Shown: positions 21,287 to 33,492 of the stretch, one piece after another
How the letters are laid out: each line of letters begins with the position of its first letter
How positions within the stretch are numbered: position 1 is the stretch's first letter
The notes under the pieces: model-generated
The model's database searches: none
Told to the model about the DNA's origin: nothing
The model's input: the letters and a program-made list of their open reading frames with translations, nothing else
Assembly (NCBI GenBank): GCA_016189025.1
Contig: JACPGS010000029.1
Coordinates: 15,911-79,910, forward strand
Direction: 5' to 3'
Length of the DNA: 64,000 bases
Origin: Candidatus Magasanikiibacteriota bacterium
GTDB lineage: Bacteria > Patescibacteriota > Patescibacteriia > Magasanikbacterales > GWA2-37-8
Translations under genes and position numbers: made by a program

Positions 21287-21317
21287 TCCTACTGTCCTAC
21301 TTTCCTACTATCCTAAA
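21287..21317. repeat. tandem TCCTACTN octamer (TCCTACTG TCCTACTT TCCTACTA TCCTAAA) in the rpoB-rpoC spacer
   Basis: Seen directly; pyrimidine-rich, no obvious Shine-Dalgarno before rpoC. Confidence 0.8.
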
Positions 21318-21322
21318 TTTGT

Positions 21323-25222
<3,900 letters not shown>

Positions 25223-25234
25223 GTTGTCATTAAG

Positions 25235-25264
25235 AAAAAACGCCTGGCGCCAGGCGTTTTTTTG
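25235..25264 (+). terminator. rho-independent terminator after rpoC
   Basis: aaaaaa-cgcctggcgccaggcg-ttttttt. Confidence 0.75.
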
Positions 25265-25351
25265 TCGCCGTTATTGACTAGGCGCATAGTAAAATAGTAT
25301 AGTGACAATAAGAGTCCCTTGACAACTCACCACCGGCCAGGAGAGGAAATC

Positions 25352-25777
25352 ATGGACACCCGCATTCTTTCCATCGTCGCTGCTTTCGTATGTTTTCCCA
25401 TCAGCGCCAATAGCGTCACGGTGTGCGACAGCGAGATGCTGAACCAGCCGCCGCGTGAAGCAGTCTTCCTTAGTATCGGCGTCTGCACCGCCATTCTGGA
25501 TGAGGCGCTGGCGCCTTGTCCCGACAAGGCGGAGCTTATCCAGCAGTGCTGCCAAGACCAGCGTGGTGAAATGCGTCATGCCTGCGTCATCGGCCATTTG
25601 ACGCCGGCGGCGCTGGCGCGTCTCGGCGAACGGCTGGCCATGAGCCAAGAGAAAGCCCGGCTCGAACGGAGGTTTGGCAGGACATTGATTATCGTTACTG
25701 TCTTTCTGGCGGTGGTAGCCATCGGTATGGGCATCGCGGTCAACCAGTTGGCTAATCGCCGGCCGGGAGGAAGCTGA
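25352..25777 (+). CDS. hypothetical Cys-rich protein with C-terminal TM helix
   Basis: ORF-track start trimmed to the Met preceded by ggagaggaaatc; about 65% GC; shares a 36-nt leader with the next gene. Confidence 0.4.
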   Translation: MDTRILSIVAAFVCFPISANSVTVCDSEMLNQPPREAVFLSIGVCTAILDEALAPCPDKAELIQQCCQDQRGEMRHACVIGHLTPAALARLGERLAMSQEKARLERRFGRTLIIVTVFLAVVAIGMGIAVNQLANRRPGGS

Positions 25778-25889
25778 CCACACCGGACGCGCGCGGACGA
25801 GGGGGCCCGCGCGCGTCCTCTCGTCCAATGCGGAGCGCGGCGTGCTCAACCGCCCCTCGACAACTCATCACCGGCAAGGAGAAGGGATC

Positions 25890-26633
25890 ATGACACAAAA
25901 CGGGTGTGAAGAGAGAATAATCATTGCCCTGGATGTTGCCACGGTGGCAGAGGCAGTTGCCCTTACCCAGGAATTGGCTCCCTGGGTCAGCCGTTTCAAG
26001 GTCGGCCTGGAGCTGTATTCGGTGGCGGGGCCCGAGGCGGTCAGGGCGGTTCAGGCAGCGGGTGCCGAAAAGGTATTTCTGGACCTCAAGCTCCACGATA
26101 TTCCCAATACCGTGCGGAACGCGGCGCGGGCGGCGGCCGCGCTCGGCGTGGAGTTCATCACTGTTCATGCCTCGGGCGGCGTGGAGATGATGCGGGCGGC
26201 GGTCGCGGGTGCCGCTGAAGGAGGGAGCGCCAAGATTCTCGCCGTTACGGTGCTCACTTCGCTTGGCGCTCACAGCGCCTACCATATTTACCGCCGGGAA
26301 ATAAGCGAGGCGGTGTGGCAGTTCGCGGTAGACGCCGGGCAGGCCGGTTGTTGGGGCATTATCTGTTCGCCGCAAGAGCTGGCATTTCTGCCAGAGCGCA
26401 TTCGGGGAGAGGCCGTAGGAGCCAGGGATGTCGCCACTCTCAAGTTCATCACGCCAGGGGTGCGCCCCGCCTGGGCGGCAGCCAATGATCAGCAGCGAGT
26501 GATGACCCCGGGAGAAGCGATCCGGCACGGCGCCTACGCCTTGGTGATCGGCCGGCCGATCACCCGTCCGCCGACGTCTATCGGTTCGCCGGTGGATGCG
26601 GCGCGGCGAATCATCAGCGAGCTCCCGGAATAG
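25890..26633 (+). CDS. pyrF: orotidine 5'-phosphate decarboxylase
   Basis: IIALDV…KVGLELY…DLKLHDIPNTV motifs; start trimmed to the Met after aaggagaaggga. Confidence 0.8.
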   Translation: MTQNGCEERIIIALDVATVAEAVALTQELAPWVSRFKVGLELYSVAGPEAVRAVQAAGAEKVFLDLKLHDIPNTVRNAARAAAALGVEFITVHASGGVEMMRAAVAGAAEGGSAKILAVTVLTSLGAHSAYHIYRREISEAVWQFAVDAGQAGCWGIICSPQELAFLPERIRGEAVGARDVATLKFITPGVRPAWAAANDQQRVMTPGEAIRHGAYALVIGRPITRPPTSIGSPVDAARRIISELPE

Positions 26634-26835
26634 GAGGCCCCGGCAAAACACCGGACAGGCTAGAGCGACCGAGGGGGCGCGCTCGCCTGTCCCCCCGATC
26701 TTTGTCAGTAATTATTTGTTCACAGAGATTGAGGCAGGAGGTGATTCTAGTTTTCTTCACCATTGACGCCGCCGTATTATTTTGATTGAATATAATCAGG
26801 CGTTTGACCAGGGTAAGCCTTAATTACATTAAAGT

Positions 26836-27408
26836 ATGTACCAAGCCAAAAATTTTGACCGCCTGCTCGGCACCCCCGGGTTTAGCGACCAGCTCTTGAA
26901 AAATCATTTTATCCTCTATCAAGGATATGTGACCAACTTTAACAAACTCAACGACATTTTAGTAGCAAGGGAAAAGGAGGGTAAATACGGCACTCCCGAA
27001 TACTCCGAACTCAACCGCCGCTTGGGGTGGGAGTTCAACGGCATGCGCCTCCATGAACTTTATTTTGGTAACATGACCAGAGCTGCCACGGCGCCGGGCG
27101 AGGCATTCAAAAATCGCCTCGCCCCAGAGTGGGGCTCCTACGAGTTGTTTGCCAAAGATTTTAAGGCGATGGGCGCCATGCGCGGCATCGGCTGGGTAAT
27201 TTTGTATCATGACAGAGAGGCCGACCGGCTCTTTAACGTCTGGATCAACGAACACGACGTCGGCCACTTTGCCGGCTGCACCCCGCTTTTGGTTTTGGAC
27301 GTTTTTGAGCACGCCTTTATGCTGGACTACGGCACCAAGCGGGCGGATTATATTGAAGCCTTCATGCAGGCAGTGGATTGGCAGGTGGTTACCAGCAGAT
27401 TAAGTTAG
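26836..27408 (+). CDS. Fe/Mn superoxide dismutase family protein (divergent)
   Basis: PLLVLDVFEHAFMLDY matches the SOD C-terminal DVWEHAYYIDY block; YVTNFNKLN matches YVTNLNNL; N-terminal HH pair degenerate. Confidence 0.65.
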   Translation: MYQAKNFDRLLGTPGFSDQLLKNHFILYQGYVTNFNKLNDILVAREKEGKYGTPEYSELNRRLGWEFNGMRLHELYFGNMTRAATAPGEAFKNRLAPEWGSYELFAKDFKAMGAMRGIGWVILYHDREADRLFNVWINEHDVGHFAGCTPLLVLDVFEHAFMLDYGTKRADYIEAFMQAVDWQVVTSRLS

Positions 27409-27425
27409 ACTATGATTTGCTTTAA

Positions 27426-27450
27426 CCCCCCGACTAAGTCGGGGGGTTTT
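27426..27450 (+). terminator. rho-independent terminator after the SOD-like gene
   Basis: cccccc-gactaagtc-gggggg-tttt. Confidence 0.65.
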
Positions 27451-27510
27451 AAGTAGTCGCTTTGATTGACGGCAGAGTTGTTTTTCGGTAAGCTAAAAGG
27501 AATTTACTTT

Positions 27511-28677
27511 ATGGCTAAACGAATAATGCGGTGGTATCTCGGGATCAGTTTATTTGTCCTCTGTTTTTTTGCGCGCGCCGCGGCAGTAACTCTGGAGACG
27601 GTGGCGGTGTGGGATGCCTTCGCCCCGGGTCAGCAAGTTGCCGGCAGAAAAATTTCTCCTAATGGCGGCTCGGCCAAAACCGATATTAGTCTCCCGAACG
27701 TTCGCCTGGCTGATAATCCCTACGAGCGGTTTTCCCAGGCAGTGGCCGAGGCTAAAATCGCTGACCCCTCGACCATCGCTCTGCAATTCTTTGGCGACGT
27801 GATGCTGGATCGCAACGTGGCCAAAGCCATGGGCGACCAGATGCTGGATTATATTTTCGCCCCCCTCGGCCCCACCCGTCGTTTATTCGGCAGCGCCGAT
27901 TTAACTATTGCTAATTTGGAGGGGCCATTTGCCGAAGCGCGGGTTAAAACCGGCAAAAGCATTGCCTTTCGGTTTGATCCAGTGTTTGCCACCGAATTGC
28001 GTTTCTACGGTTTTAACGCGGTGAATTTGGCCAATAATCATTTGTATGATATGGGCCGCGCCAACGTGGCGTTTACGCGCCAAACCTTGAAGAAAGCTGG
28101 CCTAGGCTATTTCGGCGATGAACTCCAGGAAGGGAAAGATTTTACTTGGATTACCGAGGTGGCCGGGCAGCCGGTCGCTTTTATTGGCTTGCATAATGTT
28201 TACCGCGACTTGAATATGACCAAAGTTAAGGCGGCGCTTAAAGACGCTAAAGAGCGGGCGCGTTACGTTATCATCAATATCCACTGGGGCGATGAGTACC
28301 AAAGAATTTCTAACGCCAAGCAACGCGCCCTGGCGCGCCAGCTGATTGACCTCGGCGCCGACGCTGTCATCGGCCACCATCCCCACGTCATTCAGGAAAT
28401 GGAAATTTATCAGGGCAAACCAATTTTTTACTCGCTTGGCAATTTTATTTTTGACCAGTATTTTTCCGAAGATACTCAGGAAGGGCTAAGTGCGGCATTG
28501 ATTCTGCAGGGAGGCAGCGTGAAAGATGTATATGTGTTACCCTTTTACGGAATTAAGTCGCAGGTATATGTGATGGCCGGCGAGCGGCGGGAGAAGCTGT
28601 TGAGCTGGTTTAGTAAGAATAGCAGATTAGGGAAGAGGAGCATTGAAGATGGCCGTCTGTCATTCCGAGCGCAGTGA
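27511..28677 (+). CDS. CapA family protein (poly-gamma-glutamate synthesis/metallophosphatase-like)
   Basis: Signal/TM N-terminus and CapA/PGA_cap conserved blocks; start trimmed to MAKRIMRW. Confidence 0.75.
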   Translation: MAKRIMRWYLGISLFVLCFFARAAAVTLETVAVWDAFAPGQQVAGRKISPNGGSAKTDISLPNVRLADNPYERFSQAVAEAKIADPSTIALQFFGDVMLDRNVAKAMGDQMLDYIFAPLGPTRRLFGSADLTIANLEGPFAEARVKTGKSIAFRFDPVFATELRFYGFNAVNLANNHLYDMGRANVAFTRQTLKKAGLGYFGDELQEGKDFTWITEVAGQPVAFIGLHNVYRDLNMTKVKAALKDAKERARYVIINIHWGDEYQRISNAKQRALARQLIDLGADAVIGHHPHVIQEMEIYQGKPIFYSLGNFIFDQYFSEDTQEGLSAALILQGGSVKDVYVLPFYGIKSQVYVMAGERREKLLSWFSKNSRLGKRSIEDGRLSFRAQ

Positions 28678-28718
28678 ATTCCGCTTCCAGCGGGATGAAC
28701 GGAGTCAAGGAATCCCTT
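28658..28718 (+). repeat. short dispersed repeat copy A (GTCATTCCGAGCG…GGAATCCCTT), overlapping the capA stop
   Basis: Related copies at 57603..57678 (plus) and 44546..44592 (minus), all immediately at gene 3' ends. Confidence 0.4.
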
Positions 28719-28730
28719 AAGTTTTTCACT

Positions 28731-29450
28731 ATGTCTGGCCACTCAAAATGGCACAATATCCAAATTAGGAAAGGCAAACAAGATGCCAAAAAGGCTAATA
28801 TTTTTACCAAAGGCGCTAAGCTGATTACGGTGGCGGCGCAAAAGGGCGGCGACCCGGCGATGAATTTTTCCCTGCGCCTGGCGATGGATAAAGCCCGCGC
28901 TGCCGGCCTGCCCAAGGAAAACATTGAACGCGCTCTTAAGCGCGGCACGGGTGAGCTCGCGGGAGCGGCGCGAATGGAAGAGATATACTACGAAGCGTAT
29001 GGCCCCGGCGGGGTGGCAATTCTTATTAAAGCGCTGACGGACAACAAAAATCGTACCGTGTCGGACTTAAAACATATTCTCTCGGTAAGTGGCGGTTCTC
29101 TAGGCAATCCGGGGAGCGTAGCGTGGATGTTTGAGCAGGTGGGAGTAATAATAATCAGTAAACAGACAACAGTAAACCGAGACGAATTAGAGCTGGCTCT
29201 GATTGAAGCCGGAGCGGAAGATATTAGTGATACCGAAGAGGAAGTTGAGATTAAGACCAAGATTGAGAATTTGCCGAAGGTTTTGGCCAAGCTCAAAGAG
29301 CTGAATGTTGAGGTTAAAGATTCCCGCTTCCGGTGGATCGCCAAAGACCGCCTGGAGCCGTCCCCGGAACACGAGGATAAGCTGGCGGCGCTTTTTGCCG
29401 AACTAGAAGCGCACGACGACGTGGAGGATTATTATACGAATGCGGAGTAA
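28731..29450 (+). CDS. yebC: YebC/PmpR family DNA-binding transcriptional regulator
   Basis: MSGHSKWHNIQ… N-terminus typical of YebC; start trimmed from ORF-track 28674. Confidence 0.9.
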   Translation: MSGHSKWHNIQIRKGKQDAKKANIFTKGAKLITVAAQKGGDPAMNFSLRLAMDKARAAGLPKENIERALKRGTGELAGAARMEEIYYEAYGPGGVAILIKALTDNKNRTVSDLKHILSVSGGSLGNPGSVAWMFEQVGVIIISKQTTVNRDELELALIEAGAEDISDTEEEVEIKTKIENLPKVLAKLKELNVEVKDSRFRWIAKDRLEPSPEHEDKLAALFAELEAHDDVEDYYTNAE

Positions 29451-29451
29451 T

Positions 29452-30084
29452 ATGTCCCAATCCATTATGTCCTCCCACCAGCCGTCGTTTACCGAATGGT
29501 TTGCGGCGATTGGGGATGAGGAGAAAGCGGCGGCGGTGATGCAAAATATTATCGGCAAATTGAAAGTGGCAGAGACGGCTGTTCGTGAAGCAGTGGCCAG
29601 GCAGTTGCAAACCGAATTTTATAAAGAATACTTAGCCGGTTATTTTGAAGCAACGGTTTTAGATACGAGCGAAGCCTTTTTTATTGATTACAATCGACTG
29701 CTTGGGCAGATGGTGGCATCAGCTAATTTTTCACTACCGTCTGTTAGCGTTGGTCAGGATGTCATCATGCGCGGCGCCACGGCATTTCCTGGCAAAGTAG
29801 TAGGACGGGTGTGCCTAGTGGACGTCGAAAAAAATGCTAAGGTTGACTTTCACGACGGCGACATTCTCGTTTGTGCCAATACCGACGTTCGCTACCTCCC
29901 CTACATGCGCCGGGCGGGAGCAATCGTTACCGACCGTGGCAGTATTTTAAGCCACGCCGCCATTGTCGCTCGCGAGCTGAAAAAGCCCTGTATCGTAAAC
30001 ACGCGCGAAGCAACGAGCGTATTAAAAACAGGGGAGATGGTGGAAGTGGATGCGGTGAGAGGTATTATTAAAAAACCCGAGTAG
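29452..30084 (+). CDS. PEP-utilising enzyme mobile (phosphohistidine swivel) domain protein
   Basis: TDRGSILSHAAIVARELKKPCIV matches the PEP-utilizer phospho-His motif. Confidence 0.7.
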   Translation: MSQSIMSSHQPSFTEWFAAIGDEEKAAAVMQNIIGKLKVAETAVREAVARQLQTEFYKEYLAGYFEATVLDTSEAFFIDYNRLLGQMVASANFSLPSVSVGQDVIMRGATAFPGKVVGRVCLVDVEKNAKVDFHDGDILVCANTDVRYLPYMRRAGAIVTDRGSILSHAAIVARELKKPCIVNTREATSVLKTGEMVEVDAVRGIIKKPE

Positions 30085-30128
30085 TATTTGACATCTTATT
30101 TAGGATATGATACGATTTCATCGTATTT

Positions 30129-30749
30129 ATGAAATATAGAGAAATACTCATCAGTCAGCTCAAATCTTTGCCTTATTTTAGCAAAGAAACGGTCGTATTG
30201 CTTAGCAAACAGTACGATCTGAAGCCCGCTACAGTTGATTCCTACATCAGCCGCTCTTTGGCGCGCAAAGATTTTATTGCCTTTAAAAATGGATTGTATG
30301 TTACGGCTGATTTTTATTACCAGAACGCCGGAGATATCTCGTACACATTTTATTTGGCCAATATAATGTGTCCGCCTTCGTACGTAAGCTCCTGGTCAGC
30401 TCTGCAGTACTATGAACTCGCCACCGAGGCCATTGGCACGGTAACGTCGGTAACGGCCAAAATTACCAGGATCCATAACAATCGGGCCGGGAGTTTTTCC
30501 TATCAGTTTATTAAAAAAAATTTATTTTCCGATTTTACCCTGATCCGGGGGAAGTTCGATTTTTTTATTGCCACGCCCGCTAAAGCGCTGTTTGATCTTA
30601 TCTATTTTAAAACTCACGCGTTCCGCGGCATCCGCGACATCGCCGCCGTAGATGGGATGATTGACAGTTTGCGCATTGATATTGCCGAAATGGAAACAAA
30701 AGAGCGCGATGCCTTTTATACAAAAGTAAAAAAATATTTGAGCATATGA
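30129..30749 (+). CDS. AbiEi-family antitoxin-like protein (type IV TA)
   Basis: 206 aa, N-terminal wHTH-like AbiEi_4 pattern (…IAFKNGLYVT…); overlaps the downstream AbiEii gene by 4 nt; about 38% GC. Confidence 0.55.
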   Translation: MKYREILISQLKSLPYFSKETVVLLSKQYDLKPATVDSYISRSLARKDFIAFKNGLYVTADFYYQNAGDISYTFYLANIMCPPSYVSSWSALQYYELATEAIGTVTSVTAKITRIHNNRAGSFSYQFIKKNLFSDFTLIRGKFDFFIATPAKALFDLIYFKTHAFRGIRDIAAVDGMIDSLRIDIAEMETKERDAFYTKVKKYLSI

Positions 30750-32029
30750 CCGCGACGAATCAGCTTTTTATTGCGCTTAAAACTAAGCTGGACAGTCTGT
30801 CGGCCTATGGTCCGGTGGATGCCGCAGTTAAGCGCAATATTCTGAAAGAAGAATTGCAGTATTATGTTTTGAATTTCCTCTACCACCATTCCGATTATAG
30901 TCAGTGGATTATGTACGGCGGTTCGGCCCTGCGGATTTGCCACGGGCTAAACAGGATGTCGGTAGATTTGGATTTTGAAATTCCGCAGCCGTGCGACGAC
31001 GCGTTTTTGCAGACGCTCGCCAACAGATTGTTGGACTATTTTAAAAATACTTATGCGGTGGAATCAGATTTTTTAACGATTAAAATTACCCGTCGGCGCG
31101 GGTTGACGCTTAAATTTATTGTCGGCGGGGTATTTGATACCGGTCATCCTTCCCCGCAGATACATGTTAAAATTGATCTGAATCATTTTGTGTCTAAAAA
31201 GCTGGTAATTGAGCGAATTCCTATCAATCACGACCAGCTGGCTTTTGTCATTACCACTTACAATATGTCGGCGCTGATGGCCAGTAAAATGGCGGCCATT
31301 TTTTCGCGGTCAAAGCGCGGCGTGGATAAAGAAATTTATGATGAAAAAGGCCGGGATATTTATGACTTGTTATGGTATATGGAAAAAAGAATTATACCCG
31401 ACTTAGATTATTTGAAAGAGAAAGTCCCAGAGATTGCCGATTTCAGGATAATGTTTGACCGGTTGACTGTAAAAATGAATACGGTAAGCGAAAAAAACCT
31501 GCGCGACGATTTAACGCCGCTGTTTGTGGAGCAGTCTTTTATTCAGAATTGGTTAATGAGCTGGCGCAGCAACTTTTTACGGTTAGTAAGGTCTTACGAC
31601 ATTAGAACGATCATAAAATTAGAAAAAATAAGCATCGGTAAAGAATTTCGTGCCGATAATTTTTTCTTTCATTTTATATACGCCACAGATAATGGACGCT
31701 TAACCACTATTAGTTGCTCGATTAGTGATTATTGGTTTTCCTTTCGCGAAGGCGACCTGACCGATTTAATCGCTCCGGTGAATGAAGAAATATTATCGCT
31801 GGTGGAGCACGTGTCCCAGGTGCAGATGAATGACAGAACCAAACAGTACATTGCTTTATTCTATAAAAAAGCAGAGGAATATCTTAAAAAAACGCACAAC
31901 GTTATTTTGGGTGATCGGCTTACCACCAAAACAATTCGGATGACTGCCGATAAGCTGAACCAGGGGGAACAAATAGTATTGAATAAATCGGCCTTACTTT
32001 CGTGCGAGCTGGAGGATTTGTTAAAGTAA
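30746..32029 (+). CDS. nucleotidyltransferase AbiEii/AbiGii toxin family protein with about 150-aa C-terminal extension
   Basis: YGGSALRICHGLNRMSVDLDF N-terminal NTase motif; 427 aa versus the usual 300 or so. Confidence 0.7.
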   Translation: MTATNQLFIALKTKLDSLSAYGPVDAAVKRNILKEELQYYVLNFLYHHSDYSQWIMYGGSALRICHGLNRMSVDLDFEIPQPCDDAFLQTLANRLLDYFKNTYAVESDFLTIKITRRRGLTLKFIVGGVFDTGHPSPQIHVKIDLNHFVSKKLVIERIPINHDQLAFVITTYNMSALMASKMAAIFSRSKRGVDKEIYDEKGRDIYDLLWYMEKRIIPDLDYLKEKVPEIADFRIMFDRLTVKMNTVSEKNLRDDLTPLFVEQSFIQNWLMSWRSNFLRLVRSYDIRTIIKLEKISIGKEFRADNFFFHFIYATDNGRLTTISCSISDYWFSFREGDLTDLIAPVNEEILSLVEHVSQVQMNDRTKQYIALFYKKAEEYLKKTHNVILGDRLTTKTIRMTADKLNQGEQIVLNKSALLSCELEDLLK

Positions 32030-32035
32030 ATTATT

Positions 32036-32551
32036 ATGCAGCGCATCCTCGGCATTGATCCCGGCTTTGGGCGGATGGGCTATGGGGTGATAGAGAAAAA
32101 AGATAATGACTGGCGAGCGGTGGCATACGGTTGTCTGGAAACGTCGGTAAAAAAATCCTTCGTTGAGCGCCTGGCCGAAGTGCATGCCGCCGTCGGCAAA
32201 CTTATTAAAGAATACCAGCCCGGGCGCCTGGCCGTGGAGGAATTGTTTTTTTTCAAAAACGCCAAGACTGCCATGGCGGTGGCGCAGGCGCGAGGGGTGA
32301 TCATTTTGACAGCAGTAGAAAACGGCTTGCCGGTGGACGAGTTTACTCCGTTACAGGTAAAACAAGCCATGACCGGCTATGGCCGGGCCGAGAAGAGGCA
32401 GCTGCAGAAGCTAGTGGCGCTGCTCCTCGGCATTACAGGCAAGATAAAATCCGACGATGCCGCCGATGCCCTGGCCGTGGCGCTCACCGCGGGGCAGAGC
32501 TTATGGGCAAAAAATTATCAGGATATTGGAACAAACGAAAAAAAGTGCTAA
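32036..32551 (+). CDS. ruvC: crossover junction endodeoxyribonuclease RuvC
   Basis: ILGIDPGFGRMGYGVI…, acidic catalytic residues, 171 aa. Confidence 0.9.
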   Translation: MQRILGIDPGFGRMGYGVIEKKDNDWRAVAYGCLETSVKKSFVERLAEVHAAVGKLIKEYQPGRLAVEELFFFKNAKTAMAVAQARGVIILTAVENGLPVDEFTPLQVKQAMTGYGRAEKRQLQKLVALLLGITGKIKSDDAADALAVALTAGQSLWAKNYQDIGTNEKKC

Positions 32552-32562
32552 GATATTCTGGT

Positions 32563-33276
32563 ATGCAATCTACCCTTGCCCTCTTCCGCCGCCTCTACAA
32601 CACGCTGCCACCTTTAATCCCCGAGGCGACTAAACAAAAAATGGCGCACGCAGTGCAGCACCTGGAAGCCGACCCCACGGTGTCGCTTGCCGAAGTAGAA
32701 GACACGATGATTGCGTTTGGCCAGGAAGTATGGCCCTGGAGCCAGGCTTACCGCGAATTTCTGGCGCTGGCCGAGGCGCGGGTAGGCGAACATTTTTTAC
32801 TGCCTAAATTGTCGCCGGCGCTGCAGCATAAATATCATGAATTCCGGTTGTACGGCGGCACGCTCCGCGATTTACATTCGGGTCGTCCCGCCGAGTGGTT
32901 TACGGCCGAGGAACGGGGGGAGCTGTGCGGCGCGCTCGTTGCGGTGCAGCAGGAATTGCGCGAATATGTTAATCGCGCCCTGGTGGGGCTGGAGAAAACC
33001 CGGTATCTGCGCCGCGTTAATGAGTTTACGGAAATTCTTAAATCAATCCGCGGGCAGCTGCAGGCGCTGAACGTACTGGCGGCCTCCGAGCAGCAGCATC
33101 CGACCTTGGCGAGCGAAATCCGCGCCCAGGTGCGGGCGTTTGAGCTGGGGTTATGCTTGTTGGCGCCCGAGCCCGACCATGGCGCGGTCTGCCGCTCGGT
33201 GGATTTCTTTAACAGCCGTCGCGAACATCTGCAGCGCTTAACTACCTTGGGGGTGTTTGCCCCGGCGGGCAATTGA
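32563..33276 (+). CDS. hypothetical protein
   Basis: ORF track 32503..33276 trimmed to MQSTLALF to avoid overlap with ruvC. Confidence 0.4.
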   Translation: MQSTLALFRRLYNTLPPLIPEATKQKMAHAVQHLEADPTVSLAEVEDTMIAFGQEVWPWSQAYREFLALAEARVGEHFLLPKLSPALQHKYHEFRLYGGTLRDLHSGRPAEWFTAEERGELCGALVAVQQELREYVNRALVGLEKTRYLRRVNEFTEILKSIRGQLQALNVLAASEQQHPTLASEIRAQVRAFELGLCLLAPEPDHGAVCRSVDFFNSRREHLQRLTTLGVFAPAGN

Positions 33277-33321
33277 CGATTCACCACCGGCGGTATATCT
33301 TAATCAGCATTATAATGAGAC

Positions 33322-33492
33322 TATAGAAGAATAGAACAACCAGCCAGCATCAGGTCGCGACCGATGAGTTCTCTTTTGGCGCGCAACTTTAGTGAGCACC
33401 AAAAGAGTGTCGGTCGCGACCAACCAGGCAGTTTTCCGCAATAGCGATAGCGACCAGGTTAAAAATGTGGTATAGCCAGCATTCTTTTCCAG
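33322..33492 (-). mobile_element. MITE-like repeat copy 3 (degenerate, inverted relative to copies 1 and 2)
   Basis: Matches the reverse complement of copy 1 in blocks (tagaagaat, agcatcagg, caatagcgatagcgaccagg, agcattctt) with a reorganised central hairpin; overlaps the predicted start of the arginine decarboxylase gene. Confidence 0.55.

Noticed and set aside
25271-26651. Minus-strand ORFs 25271..25849 and 25752..26651 and plus ORF 25924..26190
   Set aside because: They overlap pyrF (clear homology on the plus strand) in a 65% GC block where all frames stay open; Arg/Pro-rich junk composition.
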